DNA of 64,000 nucleotides from Eledone cirrhosa. Its lineage: Eukaryota. Below, piece after piece: positions 13,126 through 25,300 of this stretch. Within the stretch, counting starts at the first letter, position 1. Each line of letters opens with the position of its first letter. The stretch is from positions 7,440,001-7,504,000 of the forward strand of contig OZ024759.1 in assembly GCA_964016885.1 (NCBI GenBank), in the 5' to 3' direction. The notes under the pieces were generated by a model. It was given only the letters and a program-made list of their open reading frames with translations. It made no database searches and was not told the DNA's origin. A program made the position numbers and the translations under genes.

Positions 13126-13230
13126 ATATTTATTAAAATAACAGATTAAAGTTTAAGCAAAGAATCGCTGCTTTCACCGTGAAAGCAGCGATTCTTTGCT
13201 TAAACTTTAATCTGTTATTTTAATAAATAT
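13126..13230. repeat. Perfect palindrome, 52-bp arms, 1-nt loop
   Basis: ...GAATCGCTGCTTTCAC-C-GTGAAAGCAGCGATTC..., centred at 13178. Confidence 0.95.
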
Positions 13231-13249
13231 ATATATATATATATATATC

Positions 13250-13540
13250 ATTTTTTCATTTCATTTTACGTCCACTTTTCCCTGCTTGCAAGGGTGGGAT
13301 GGGAACTGATTCTGGCTTGATTTCTACAGCTGGATGCCCTTCCTAACACCAACCACGTTTACAGTGAGTGCTGGGTGCTTTTTTGCCGTGGCACCTCCAC
13401 GGCCACTTTGCCGTGGCACCTCCACGGCCACTTTGCAGTGGAATGATAGGGACCCCAATCCCTATCATCTCATTTCTACAGCTGAGTAAACTGGAGCAAT
13501 GTAAAATAAAGTGTCTTGCTCAAGGAAACAACACATCAAT
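13250..13540 (-). mobile_element. SINE-B, 5'-truncated
   Basis: Reverse complement of 5460-5730, with a small internal duplication. Confidence 0.85.
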
Positions 13541-14311
13541 GGGCTTACACACATCCCTGGGGTTTTGTTATTTTATTTTATTTTGTGTTGGGTAACACGC
13601 CTCCAACACTCAAACACTTATCTTAAAAGCCCGAGGGCCCATATGATGGGAAAACGCACACACTGACACCTTAACTCAAATACCCAACCCTACATGGAGC
13701 CCCTTGGTGGCCTACATGGCGGGTGCTTGCACGCACAGACTCGGGGACCCAGATTCTCAACGGGACAACGGCACATACAGAGTCCGATACGAGCTGACTA
13801 CTTGCTCTACACATGGATGTGTATATACCAAAACATACACTATTTAGACGATACGGATGTTACAATTCAATCGATACACGTATAGCAGAACGTTGAACGG
13901 AATTTACTTGCGTGTGTATAGGGTTGTGGTTGGCCCAATTTTTGTAATTTACATCATTAAAATTGAGATTTGACCAATATAACATTTGTTGTTTTGTAAC
14001 CTAACTTTCGGTGCATACTGTGTTGGTATATATATTTTTTCTCTGACCTCGCGTCGGTGTGTGTGAGTGTGTGTGCACTCACTCACACTAACTGTGTCCG
14101 ACTGAAATTCTACAGATTTGATGTTGAGATTAGACCCGTCCAGCGTCTTTTACAGCTATTGCGAGATAGAGACTTGGTAGATTTATGACCCTCACTGAAG
14201 ATGATAGCAGTTGGTGTGTTTTGGCTGCTGATTCTTCATATGGGCAACAGAACTCTAGTGAGTGAACATCGTTAGTTTTTCCTCCCTCATATCAAAGATT
14301 TGAAGACATTT

Positions 14312-14399
14312 CATTATTCACCTGATGAGATCAGTGATAATCAATCATGACCACACGATCGATCTATCTCTTATTGAAACGTGTGTCGTGATTAAAATG
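14312..14399 (+). ncRNA. Type I hammerhead ribozyme-like motif
   Basis: tcac-CUGAUGA-gatc...gatc...-GAAAC-gtgt-GUC-gtga. Canonical core and GUC cleavage triplet. Confidence 0.65.
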
Positions 14400-14454
14400 A
14401 TTGGAAATTTATACCATGCCTTCGAATCTTTATTTTGATATATATATATATATA

Positions 14455-14905
14455 CACCTCTCCAAGACAATGTCACTGGACCGAGACCTTTGGCGGTACT
14501 CAGTAACAGAGAAGACCCGCCTTACCTAAATACAAAGTAAAACCTACTAGTCAGTAGGCATCTCTAACAAAATACACCCCCGTCCCACCCCATCCACACC
14601 GCCCCTTTCAATGTAAAGTTATGTTGGTACCACAACATCCAGGCCGAAACAAATGACATCGTGTAGGTGTCACGACAAAAAACACACAGTCCACGCTGTA
14701 ATGTGGCCGTGTAGGTAACACGGTAAAAAGCTCCCAGTCCCACACTGTAAATGTGGTTGGTGTTAGGAAGGGCATCCAGCTGTAGAAAACCCGCCAGACA
14801 GTCCTATGCGAGCAAGACAATCACTCTTGCCTCAAATGAGAAAACCCCCGTCCAAACCCATGCAAGCGTGGAACACGGACGTTAAACGATGATGATGATG
14901 ATGAC
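14455..14905 (+). mobile_element. RTE LINE family 2b 3' end/3'UTR
   Basis: Ends CATGCAAGCGTGGAACACGGACGTTAAAC(GAT)n. Homologous to 48205-48930, 52435-53100 and 62910-63185. Confidence 0.8.
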
Positions 14906-14924
14906 ACACACATATATAATAATA

Positions 14925-15152
14925 TTAATAATAATAATAATAATAATAATGAAAATTATTGTGTACTGTGCTTAGGTGCACTACAACTCATCAAAGGTGC
15001 ATGTATAGTACATAGAATAATGTACAAATGTCAGGAAAGTGAGTCATGATATACACACAGATACATGCATGTGTGTGTATGGAGGGGAAATATCAGGTGC
15101 AGTGTTGGCGAATTTTGGGAAGCATGGAAGTTTTAAAGGATGCAGTGTCCCA
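14925..15152 (-). mobile_element. CR1/L2-like LINE 3' end
   Basis: Reverse complement of 49020-49240. (ATT)n tail. Confidence 0.7.
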
Positions 15153-15172
15153 ACATATATATATGTGTGTGT

Positions 15173-15700
15173 CATCATCATCATCACCGTTTTACGTCCG
15201 TTCTTCCACGCTAGCATGGGTTAGACGGGTTGTCCTGTTGTGGGCAGTGTCTGGTCGGCTGACCATGCCTTGCTCATACAGGAACTGATCTGGCTTGATT
15301 TCTACAGCTGGATGCCCTTCCTAACACCAACCTCATTTACAGTGAGTGCTGGGTGCTTTTTCGTGGCGCCTACACGTCCACTTTACAGTGTGGGCTGGGT
15401 GCTTTTTTGCCGTGGCACCTCCACGACCACCTTGCGGTGGGGGGGGGGGGGGCATATTGTTTATATGCTTCAGCATGTACCCATGGGAGGTCGGGTACCC
15501 TGTATTACTGCGTGACGCCAGAAGTCACGGTCGTGTGTCATTGACTTTGAGAGGTGTAGTTGGGTAAGGTCGGCTTTTATCACCTCATCCCAAGTCATCT
15601 TGGGTCTCCCCACTCCGCGGTTTCCATCAACTTCTAGTGCTCTGCACCTTTTTATGCAGCTGTCATCCTTCATACGCATCACATGTCCATACCAGCGTAA
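15173..15700 (-). mobile_element. RTE LINE family 2a 3' end
   Basis: LRWYGHVMRM...GNRGVGRPKMTW...DRDFWR C-terminal motif, followed by 3'UTR and (GAT)n tail. Confidence 0.88.
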
Positions 15701-15818
15701 CATATCCCCCAGGCTGGACATTTCACCCCTTCCCCTCTTATTACTCTTTTCTTCTTTTAATTTTTTGTCCTAACCTTCTCTAACTACTCATGTGTATCTG
15801 TTCTCTCACTATCCACAC

Positions 15819-15853
15819 TTTCCTGAAGAAGGACTTCTGTCTGAAATGTTGAA
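15819..15853 (+). ncRNA. Minimal hammerhead ribozyme-like motif
   Basis: ttc-CUGAAGA-aggac-ttct-gtct-GAAA-tgtt-gaa. Typical minimal PLE-type hammerhead with C>T decay. Confidence 0.6.
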
Positions 15854-16101
15854 CCTCCTCTACTTCCACCAAGTCTGAACCTAATATAACTGTGTAAAAA
15901 TTGCATCCTATGTTTTGTTTGTTTCATTTATTAACCATATATATGGTACATCTACCAAACTCGTCCAATGGACTAAGTGCTCTACTACTACGAATACAAC
16001 CCACCAGTGTTCTGCCACTATACATTTATTTATCTATATGTATACACACACCACACGCACCTATATATATGTGTATATATCCTGCTCTCTCTATATTCCA
16101 G

Positions 16102-16180
16102 TTATTACAGCTACTATGTACGACCTTCAAACTGGACCTGCCTTTCAGGCGGAAATCTTCAGCTTATGGAATTATAAAAG
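16102..16180 (+). CDS. SMG7: SMG7 coding exon (LLQLLCTTFKLDLPFRRKSSAYGIIK)
   Basis: ttccag|...AAG|gtaaat, phase 0-1. Matches SMG7 LLQELCTVFNVDLPCRVKSSQLGII. Confidence 0.93.
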
Positions 16181-16394
16181 GTAAATAAAAAGTCTTCATA
16201 ATGCACCTGTATAGTTGTTGTTATAATATATGGTATATGGTTTAGCAGTAGTACCAGTGGTACTATTGGAGTCCTTGAAGGGTTTGTGGTATGGTTCAGT
16301 AGTGATAACCAGTGGAGGTTCTTTTCCTTTTGTCTTTTTAAGCATATGCACATGCATTCTAGCTTCCACGAAACATTGTGGTATATGTAGTAGT

Positions 16395-16545
16395 GCTGTA
16401 GTGTATTATAGAAGGATATAGTACTGTAGTGTGTTATAGAAGGATATAGTACTGTAATGATAGTGTATTATAGAAGGATATAGTACTGTAGTGATAGTGT
16501 ATTATAGAAGGATAAAGTACTGTAGTGTGTTATAGAAGGATATAG
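16395..16545. repeat. About 35-bp tandem repeat (about 4 copies)
   Basis: GTGTATTATAGAAGGATATAGTACTGTA repeated. Confidence 0.85.
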
Positions 16546-16965
16546 ATGGATGTACTTGGAAGACTAAATATTGGTAACAAACATTGAATTGTTAATTTAA
16601 AACTACTGGTCTTGATATTTTGAGTATAAAACCCCATTTCAGAGGTTTTAATATAACCAGAGTGAGAGAGAAAATAAATGTTCTCCATTTAGGATATAAT
16701 CCTAATTTCTCTGCTGTATTGGGTCCAATGTAAAGAATTTTTTAACAATAATCTTGGTACATCCACCTGATTATTCCATTATAACAAATTTTTCAGTATA
16801 ACAATTTGTTTCAATCTCCGAGGTAATAACAAACACTTGTTTTGGTTGATCTTATAAAGAATTTTTTGTTACAATGGATTTTTTTATACCCCTTGAATTT
16901 TGTTATAACGGATTTTCACTGTATTTAATTATTTTTTTTTTGTTTTCTCCTTTCCTATCTTGAAG

Positions 16966-17058
16966 AAAAAAATCCGTTAAAAGCGAAAATTACTCCTCCC
17001 AAAAAGAACTCCTGTTTCTATATCTGCCAGCATTGTCTTGTTCATTTGGGAGATATTG
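16966..17058 (+). CDS. SMG7: SMG7 coding exon (EKNPLKAKITPPKKNSCFYICQHCLVHLGDI)
   Basis: Polypyrimidine tract + gaag acceptor, gtaagt donor. Contains the EST1/SMG-family motif YICQHCLVHLGDI. Confidence 0.95.
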
Positions 17059-17334
17059 GTAAGTAACAGCTTTAAACCCTTCTGAAACCAAATTGCCTGA
17101 AACTGTCCCCTAGTTCTACAATACAAAATTGTTTATTTTAAAGTTTATATTTATCTCATAATTTTATGTAAGAACCTTTGTTAAGTTATGTTCCAAACAA
17201 CAACTTCATTATTAAAAAGTTAGTTATATTACTAAAATCCCTTCAAATTCTTGGCTCTGTACTTGACTCAGATATATATTTTTGTAGGTTTAGAAGATAC
17301 AGGATGGTTATTTTATTCTTGAGCAATATGCTCG

Positions 17335-18130
17335 CCAATGTCCCCTTACTGTCTCTAGACCAGTCACCAATGTCCCCTTACTGAGTCTAGACCAGTCACC
17401 AATGTCCCCTTACTGTCTCTAGACCAGTCACCAATGTCCCCTTACTGTCTCTAGACCCAACTGTCACCAATGTCACCTTACTGTCTCTAGACCCAACTGT
17501 CACCAATGTCCCCTTACTGTCTCTAGACCAGTCACCAATATCCCCTTACTGTCTCTAGACCCAACTGTCACCAATGTCATCTTACTGTCTCTAGACCCAA
17601 CTGTCACCAATGTCACCTTACTGTCTCTAGACCCAACTGTCACCAATGTCCCCTTACTGTCTCTAGACCAGTCACCAATATCCCCTTACTGTCTCTAGAC
17701 CCAACTGTCACCAATGTCACCTTACTGTCTCTAGACCCAACTGTCACCAATGTCACCTTACTGTCTCTAGACCAGTCACCAATGTCCCCTTACTGTCTCT
17801 AGACCAGTCACCAATGTCCCCTTACTGTCTCTAGACCAGTCACCAATGTCACCTTACTGTCTCTAGACCCAACTGTCACCAATGTCACCTTACTGTCTCT
17901 AGACCAGTCACCAATGTCCCCTTACTGTCTCTAGACCAGTCACCAATGTCCCCTTACTGTCTCTAGACTCAACTGTCACCAATGTCCCCTTACTGTCTCT
18001 AGATTCAACTGTCACCAATGTCCCCTTACTGTCTCTAGACCCAACTGTCACCAATGTCCCCTTACTGTCTCTAGACCCAACTGTCACCAATGTCACCTTA
18101 CTGTCTCTAGATCCAACTGTCACCAATGTC
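17335..18130. repeat. 29/33-bp minisatellite (about 25 copies)
   Basis: CCAATGTCCCCTTACTGTCTCTAGAC followed by CAGTCA or CCAACTGTCA. Confidence 0.95.
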
Positions 18131-18850
18131 ATCAGAACCAACTGGTGCTCCTGTCATAATTATCCTTAAATCTCCTATAAGGTATAGATAAACCTATGCA
18201 GGTGTGAGCTGTCACAACATGATAGGGCTGGGGGTCCTCTATCATTAAAACACCCATTAAACTCCCTGAGATACAACATTCTTGGCTCAGCAGTTGACTG
18301 ACATGTAAGCTTTTGAAAGTCTACTTAATAATCCTCACACTGTTTTTATTTTTTATGTCAGAAAACAGTATGACCTATATATGAGTATATATGTGTCTGA
18401 TGGTAGCTAAGATACTTCCATAGGCGGTATGCCGGTTGAGCACTCTATGCTCTTATAGAGCAGAGTATGATATAATACATATGAGTATATATATTGTAAT
18501 AATAATCAAGGCAACTAAAATCCAAAGAGGGCTCGATAAGGATTGTATATATAAAATATATATATATATATAAAACCCGTAGACAAAATATTTATTATTC
18601 GTACAGACTAAAGTTTAATTAAAGAATCACTGCTTTCATCCTTTTGCGGGATCTTCTGAAACTGAGAAAAATCAATCTTTAGACGCAGAAGTAAATATTT
18701 CAAATTGTTACAAACAGGAAGATGGTACATTGGTTGATGAGACGCTCACTGGCGATGGACGAAAAATATGCGAAAGACAAACAGAAATAACAAAGCAAAC
18801 GACACAGTACAATGAAAAAATATATTATTAGTTTTTTGCTTCATATAGAG

Positions 18851-18886
18851 TCTTAACGTTTCAGATGCTAGTCCTTCCTCAGAAAA
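18851..18886 (-). ncRNA. Minimal hammerhead ribozyme-like motif
   Basis: Minus strand: tttt-CUGAGGA-agga-ctagca-tct-GAAA-CG-UU-aaga. Confidence 0.6.
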
Positions 18887-19036
18887 TAGAATGAGAAATT
18901 AAAGAAGAAATAGAAAGATTGAGGAGACGGATAGGGCGGAAAGGGGAACAAATTCTTTTAGAGACAAATAACAGGTCCATTCATGTTGCCATATATATAT
19001 ATTACATATGACTATTGTAACCATTTTTTGTTGTAG

Positions 19037-19108
19037 CTCGTTACCGCCAAGAAGTGGATCAAGCACAAACATATTATTGGCATGCTGCTAATTTGGTACC
19101 ATCAAATG
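19037..19108 (+). CDS. SMG7: SMG7 coding exon (ARYRQEVDQAQTYYWHAANLVPSN)
   Basis: tgtag acceptor, gtaagt donor, phase 1-1. ARYR...YY.HAA.LVPSNG motif of the 14-3-3-like/EST1 domain. Confidence 0.95.
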
Positions 19109-19158
19109 GTAAGTTAAAGACTACATTGCTGACTACACATCTACACTCTCTTGCACAC

Positions 19159-19225
<67 letters not shown>

Positions 19226-19276
19226 ATATATATATATATAGATGTATATGTGTGTATATATGTACATGAGTGTATA

Positions 19277-19620
19277 TCATCATCATCATCATCATCATTT
19301 TACGTCCACCTTTCCCTGCTTGCAAGGGTGGGACGGGAACTGATTCTGGCTTGATTTCTACAGCTGGATGTCCTTCCTAACACCAACCTCATTTACAGTG
19401 AGTGCTGGGTGCTTTTTTGCCGTGGCACCTCCACGACCACTTTGCAGTGGAATGATAGGGACCCCAGTCCCTATTATCTCATTTCTACAGCTGAGTAAAC
19501 TGGAGCAATGTGAAATAAAGTGTCTTGCTCAAGGAAACAAGACATCACCCGGTCTGAGAATTGAACTCACAACCTTTCGATTGCAAGGCCAATGCTCTAA
19601 CCACTAAGCCATGTGCCTCT
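19277..19620 (-). mobile_element. SINE-B, full length
   Basis: Reverse complement of 5392-5735. Confidence 0.88.
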
Positions 19621-19778
19621 ACATGGACACACTAGAAGAGGAAGACCAAGGTTAACATATGTTGATGCCCTAAGGACAGACACTGGTCTGTTGGAGATGC
19701 AGGATATGGCAGCGATAATGAGGGACAGAGACCGCTGGAGAGAACTCGTCCATGGATCTCGGGAATTTTACCCGCCTT

Positions 19779-19780
<2 letters not shown>
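19620..19780 (+). mobile_element. RTE-like LINE family 4 3' end
   Basis: Homologous to 51480-51640. Followed by (TA)n. Confidence 0.75.
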
Positions 19781-19839
<59 letters not shown>

Positions 19840-19844
<5 letters not shown>

Positions 19845-20023
19845 TCTACTTTTGACACAAGGCCAGCAATTACCCCAGTGCATTACTAGTACTTTATTTT
19901 ATCGACCCCGTAAGGATGAAAGGCAAAGTTAACCTTGATGGGATTTGAATTCAGAACATAAAGGGATGTAACTATGCTGGAAAGCATGGCGTCTGACCCC
20001 CTACCGACACTGCCAATCCACCG
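19840..20023 (-). mobile_element. SINE-A
   Basis: Same family as 6075-6260. Confidence 0.85.
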
Positions 20024-20088
20024 TACACACACATTTCTGTATATATATATTCACAAGTAGACCTGATATTTTGTTGTTTCAATTGCAG

Positions 20089-20242
20089 GTCAACCGTACA
20101 ACCAGCTGGCTATACTTGAGGCAGCCCGTGGTAACAAGTTAACCACAGTATTCTATTACATCCGCAGTTTAGCAGTGAGGCACCCTTTCCCTGTAGCTGC
20201 CACCAACCTGGAGAAGTTCTATAGCAAACTTGCTAAAGACTC
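20089..20242 (+). CDS. SMG7: SMG7 coding exon (GQPYNQLAILEAARGNKLTTVFYYIRSLAVRHPFPVAATNLEKFYSKLAKD)
   Basis: ttgcag acceptor, gtgagt donor. GQPYNQLA and FYY.RS.AV..PFP.A.TNL are hallmark motifs of SMG5/6/7. Confidence 0.96.
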
Positions 20243-20371
20243 GTGAGTTACTTCCATCTTTAAAAACCATACCACCCCCACAAACACCATCACCACAACA
20301 CACCATCACCATCTTTAAACAACGCAATAACCATCACCCACCCTTGTACTCGTCTAAAGACTCATAAGTTA

Positions 20372-20882
20372 CACCATCTTTAAACACTCCACCACCACTA
20401 CCGCCATCTTTAAACACTCCACCACCACTACCACCATCTTTAAACACACCACCACTACCGCCATCTTTAAACACTCCACCACCACTACCACCATCTTTAA
20501 ACACTCCACCACTACCACCATCTTTAAACACTCCACCACCACTACCACCATCTTTAAACACACCACCACTACCACCATCTTTAAACACTCCACCACTACC
20601 ACCATCTTTAAACACTCCACCACCACTACCACCATCTTTAAACACTCCACCACCACTACCGCCATCTTTAAACACTCCACCACTACCGCCATCTTTAAAC
20701 ACTCCACCACCACTACCACCATCTTTAAACACTCCACCACCCCTACCGCCATCTTTAAACACTCCACCATTGCCACCATCTTTAAATACTCCACCACCAC
20801 TACCGCCATCTTTAAACACTCCACCACCACTACCGCCATCTTTAGACACTCCACCATTACCACCATCTTTAAACACTCCACC
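20372..20882. repeat. 27/30-bp minisatellite (about 18 copies)
   Basis: CCATCTTTAAACACTCCACCACCACTACCG. Confidence 0.95.
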
Positions 20883-20940
20883 TCCCCATATACCTAACAC
20901 CCCCACCACCATTGTTATAATCTTTTCTCCTCTCTTCCAG

Positions 20941-21023
20941 GACTGACTTCAAAGGAAAGCTATCAATGAGTGAACTTATCGCAGCCTTTCTCCAGTTCCA
21001 TGCCCTCATACATCTCAAAGCTG
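20941..21023 (+). CDS. SMG7: SMG7 coding exon (STDFKGKLSMSELIAAFLQFHALIHLKA)
   Basis: ttccag acceptor, gtagga donor, phase 2-1. Aligns with SDFIKAFIKFHGHVYL. Confidence 0.9.
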
Positions 21024-21050
21024 GTAGGAGACATATTTTTAGACCTTTTT

Positions 21051-22292
21051 AAATTCTTAACATCCTGTACCACATGAAACCACATTAGCAAGACATTATT
21101 GAAAAAGTAGAAAACAACACTATGACTGTATCACATTAACCTTTAGCATTTAAACCAGCCATTTCTGGCCAGAATTCTCTTACCTCTTTCTGTTGAAACC
21201 AGCTATAACCGGCTGCTTGTTTTGTTCTCAAAATAAATAATATCAAAATCTCATAGATTCGAAATTATGTGAGATAATTGTGTGATGTAAAGTGTTTATC
21301 GTGAAAATAGAATAGTAAATATAGAGTAATGGAAATAGTAAAGGGTGAAATTCTTAACATCCTGTACCACATGAAACCACATTAGCAAGACATTATTGAA
21401 AAAGTAGAAAACAACACTATGACTGTATCACATTAACCTTTAGCATTTAAACCAGCCATTTCTGGCCAGAATTCTCTTACCTCTTTCTGTTGAAACCAGC
21501 TATAACCGGCTGCTTGTTTTGTTCTCAAAATAAATAATATCAAAATCTCATAGATTCGAAATTATGTGAGATAATTGTGTGATGTAAAGTGTTTATCGTG
21601 AAAATAGAATAGTAAATATAGAGTAATGGAAATAGTAAAGGGTGAAATTCTTAACATCCTGTACCACATGAAACCACATTAGCAAGACATTATTGAAAAA
21701 GTAGAAAACAACACTATGACTGTATCACATTAACCTTTAGCATTTAAACCAGCCATTTCTGGCCAGAATTCTCTTACCTCTTTCTGTTGAAACCAGCTAT
21801 AACCGGCTGCTTGTTTTGTTCTCAAAATAAATAATATCAAAATCTCATAGATTCGAAATTATGTGAGATAATTGTGTGATGTAAAGTGTTTATCGTGAAA
21901 ATAGAATAGTAAATATAGAGTAATGGAAATAGTAAAGGGTGAAATTCTTAACATCCTGTACCACATGAAACCACATTAGCAAGACATTATTGAAAAAGTA
22001 GAAAACAACACTATGACTGTATCACATTAACCTTTAGCATTTAAACCAGCCATTTCTGGCCAGAATTCTCTTACCTCTTTCTGTTGAAACCAGCTATAAC
22101 CGGCTGCTTGTTTTGTTCTCAAAATAAATAATATCAAAATCTCATAGATTCGAAATTATGTGAGATAATTGTGTGATGTAAAGTGTTTATCGTGAAAATA
22201 GAATAGTAAATATAGAGTAATGGAAATAGTAAAGGGTGAAATTCTTAACATCCTGTACCACATGAAACCACATTAGCAAGACATTATTGAAC
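21051..22292. repeat. 297-bp tandem repeat (4 copies + partial) containing a piggyBac-like MITE
   Basis: Units start at 21051, 21348, 21645, 21942 and 22239 and appear identical. Each contains TTAACCTTTAGCATT...AAAGGGTGAA, homologous to the reverse complement of 43136-43363. Confidence 0.93.
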
Positions 22293-22332
22293 AAGTACAA
22301 AATAACTATCACATTAAGAAATTAAGGTTTTT

Positions 22333-25300
22333 ACTACCTCCCTCTCTATGGGGACTACCTCCCTCTCCCTGACATATTGGGACTACCTCCCTCTCCCTGA
22401 TATATGGGGACTACCTCCCTCTCTGACATATGGGGACTACCTCCCTCTCTCTGACATATGGGGACTAGCTCCCTCTCTCTGACATATGGGGACTACTTCC
22501 CTCTACCTGACATCTGGGGACTACCTCCCTCTCTATGGGGACTAGCTCCCTCTCCCTGACATATTGGGACTACCTCCCTCTCCCTGACATATGGGGACTA
22601 CCTTCCTCTCCCTGACATATGGGGACTACCTCCCTCTCTATGGGGACTACCTCCCTCTCCCTGATATATGGGGACTACTTCCCTCTACCTGACATCTGGG
22701 GACTACCTCCCTCTCTATGGGGAGAACCTCCCTCTCTATGGGGACTACCTCCCTCTCCCTGACATATGGGGACTACCTCCCTCTACCTGACATATGGGGA
22801 CTACCTCCCTCTCTATGGGGACTACCTCCCTCTCCCTGATATATGGGGACTACCTCCCTCTACCTGACATCTGGGGACTACCTCCCTCTCTATGGGGTCT
22901 ACCTCCCTCTCTATGGGGACTACCTCCCTCTCTCTGACATATGGGGACTACCTCCCTCTCTCTGACATCTGGGGATTAGCTCCCTTCCCCTGACATCTGG
23001 GGATTAGCTCCCTTCCCCTGACATCTGGGGATTAGCTCCCTTCCCCTGACATATGGGGATTAGCTCCCTTTCCCTGACATATGGGGTTTAGCTCCCTTTC
23101 CCTGACATATGGGGTTTAGCTCCCTCTCCCTGACATATGGGGACTAGCTCCCTCTCCCTGACATATGGGGATTAGCTCCCTTCCCCTGACATATGGGGTT
23201 TAGCTCCCTCTACCTGACATCTGGGGTTTAGCTCCCTTTCCCTGACATATGGGGTTTAGCTCCCTCTCCCTGACATATGGGGACTAGCTCCCTCTCCCTG
23301 ACATATGGGGATTAGCTCCCTTTCCTTGACATATGGGGTTTAGCTCCCTCTACCTGACATCTGGGGTTTAGCTCCCTCTCCCTGACATATGGGGACTAGC
23401 TCCCTCTCTCTGACATCTGGGGATTAGCTCCCTTCCCCTGACATATGGGGATTAGCTCCCTTCCCCTGACATCTGGGGATTAGCTCCCTTCCCCTGACAT
23501 ATGGGGTTTAGCTCCCTTTCCCTGACATATGGGGTTTAGCTCCCTCTCTCTGACATCTGGGGATTAGCTCCCTTCCCCTGACATCTGGGGATTAGCTCCC
23601 TTCCCCTGACATCTGGGGATTAGCTCCCTTCCCCTGACATATGGGGTTTAGCTCCCTTTCCCTGACATATGGGGTTTAGCTCCCTCTCCCTGACATATGG
23701 GGACTAGCTCCCTCTCCCTGACATATGGGGATTAGCTCCCTTCCCCTGACATATGGGGATTAGCTCCCTCTCCCTGACATATGGGGATTAGCTCCCTTTC
23801 CTTGACATATGGGGTTTAGCTCCCTCTACCTGACATCTGGGGTTTAGCTCCCTCTCCCTGACATATGGGGACTAGCTCCCTCTCTCTGACATCTGGGGAT
23901 TAGCTCCCTTCCCCTGACATATGGGGATTAGCTCCCTCTACCTGACATATGGGGATTAGCTCCCTTTCCCTGACATATGGGGTTTAGCTCCCTCTCCCTG
24001 ACATATGGGGACTAGCTCCCTCTCCCTGACATATGGGGATTAGCTCCCTTTCCTTGACATATGGGGACTAGCTCCCTCTACCTGACATATGGGGATTAGC
24101 TCCCTTCCCCTGACATATGGGGATTAGCTCCCTTCCCCTAACATCTGGGGTTTAGCTCCCTCTCCCTGACATATGGGGTTTAGCTCCCTTTCCCTGACAT
24201 ATGGGGTTTAGCTCCCTCTCCCTGACATCTGGGGATTAGCTCCCTTCCCCTGACATATGGGGATTAGCTCCCTTCCCCTAACATCTGGGGTTTAGCTCCC
24301 TTTCCCTGACATATGGGGTTTAGCTCCCTCTCCCTGACATATGGGGACTAGCTCCCTCTCCCTGACATATGGGGATTAGCTCCCTTCCCCTGACATATGG
24401 GGATTAGCTCCCTCTACCTGACATATGGGGACTAGCTCCCTCTCCCTGACATATGGGGATTAGCTCCCTTCCCCTGACATATGGGGATTAGCTCCCTCTC
24501 CCTGACATATGGGGTTTAGCTCCCTCTCCCTGACATATGGGGTTTAGCTCCCTTTCCCTGACATATGGGGTTTAGCTCCCTCTCCCTGACATATGGGGTT
24601 TAGCTCCCTCTCCCTGACATATGGGGTTTAGCTCCCTTTCCCTGACATATGGGGTTTAGCTCCCTCTCCCTGACATATGGGGTTTAGCTCCCTTTCCCTG
24701 ACATATGGCGATTAGCTCCCTCTCCCTGACATATGGGGATTAGCTCCCTCTACCTGACATATGGGGATTAGCTCCCTTCCCCTGACATATGGGGTTTAGT
24801 TCCCTTTCCCTGACATCTGGGGATTAGCTCCCTTTCCCTGACATATGGCGATTAGCTCCCTCTCCCTGACATATGGGGATTAGCTCCCTTTCCCTGACAT
24901 ATGGGGATTAGCTCCCTTTCCCTGACATATGGCGATTAGCTCCCTCTCCCTGACATATGGGGATTAGCTCCCTTCCCCTGACATATGGGGATTAGCTCCC
25001 TTTCCCTGACATATGGCGATTAGCTCCCTTCCCCTGACATATGGGGATTAGCTCCCTTCCCCTGACATATGGGGTTTAGTTCCCTCTCCCTGACATATGG
25101 GGATTAGCTCCCTTCCCCTGACATATGGGGTTTAGCTCCCTCTCCCTGACATATGGGGTTTAGCTCCCTCTCCCTGACATATGGCGATTAGCTCCCTCTC
25201 CCTGACATATGGGGACTAGCTCCCTCTCCCTGACATCTGGGGTTTAGCTCCCTTTCCCTGACATATGGGGATTAGCTCCCTCTCCCTGACATATGGGGTT

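Noticed and set aside
14193-14238. CTGAAGA-containing hairpin as an additional hammerhead
   Set aside because: There is no GAAA after the stem, so it is a simple hairpin.
16089-20242. Assignment to SMG5 or SMG6 instead of SMG7
   Set aside because: The EST1-like domain is N-terminal with SMG7-specific wording and is followed by a Pro-rich tail. No PIN domain is visible in the window.
20334-20912. Glycine-rich GGSGGGVFKD repeat protein on the minus strand
   Set aside because: An intronic minisatellite whose unit derives from donor-adjacent sequence.
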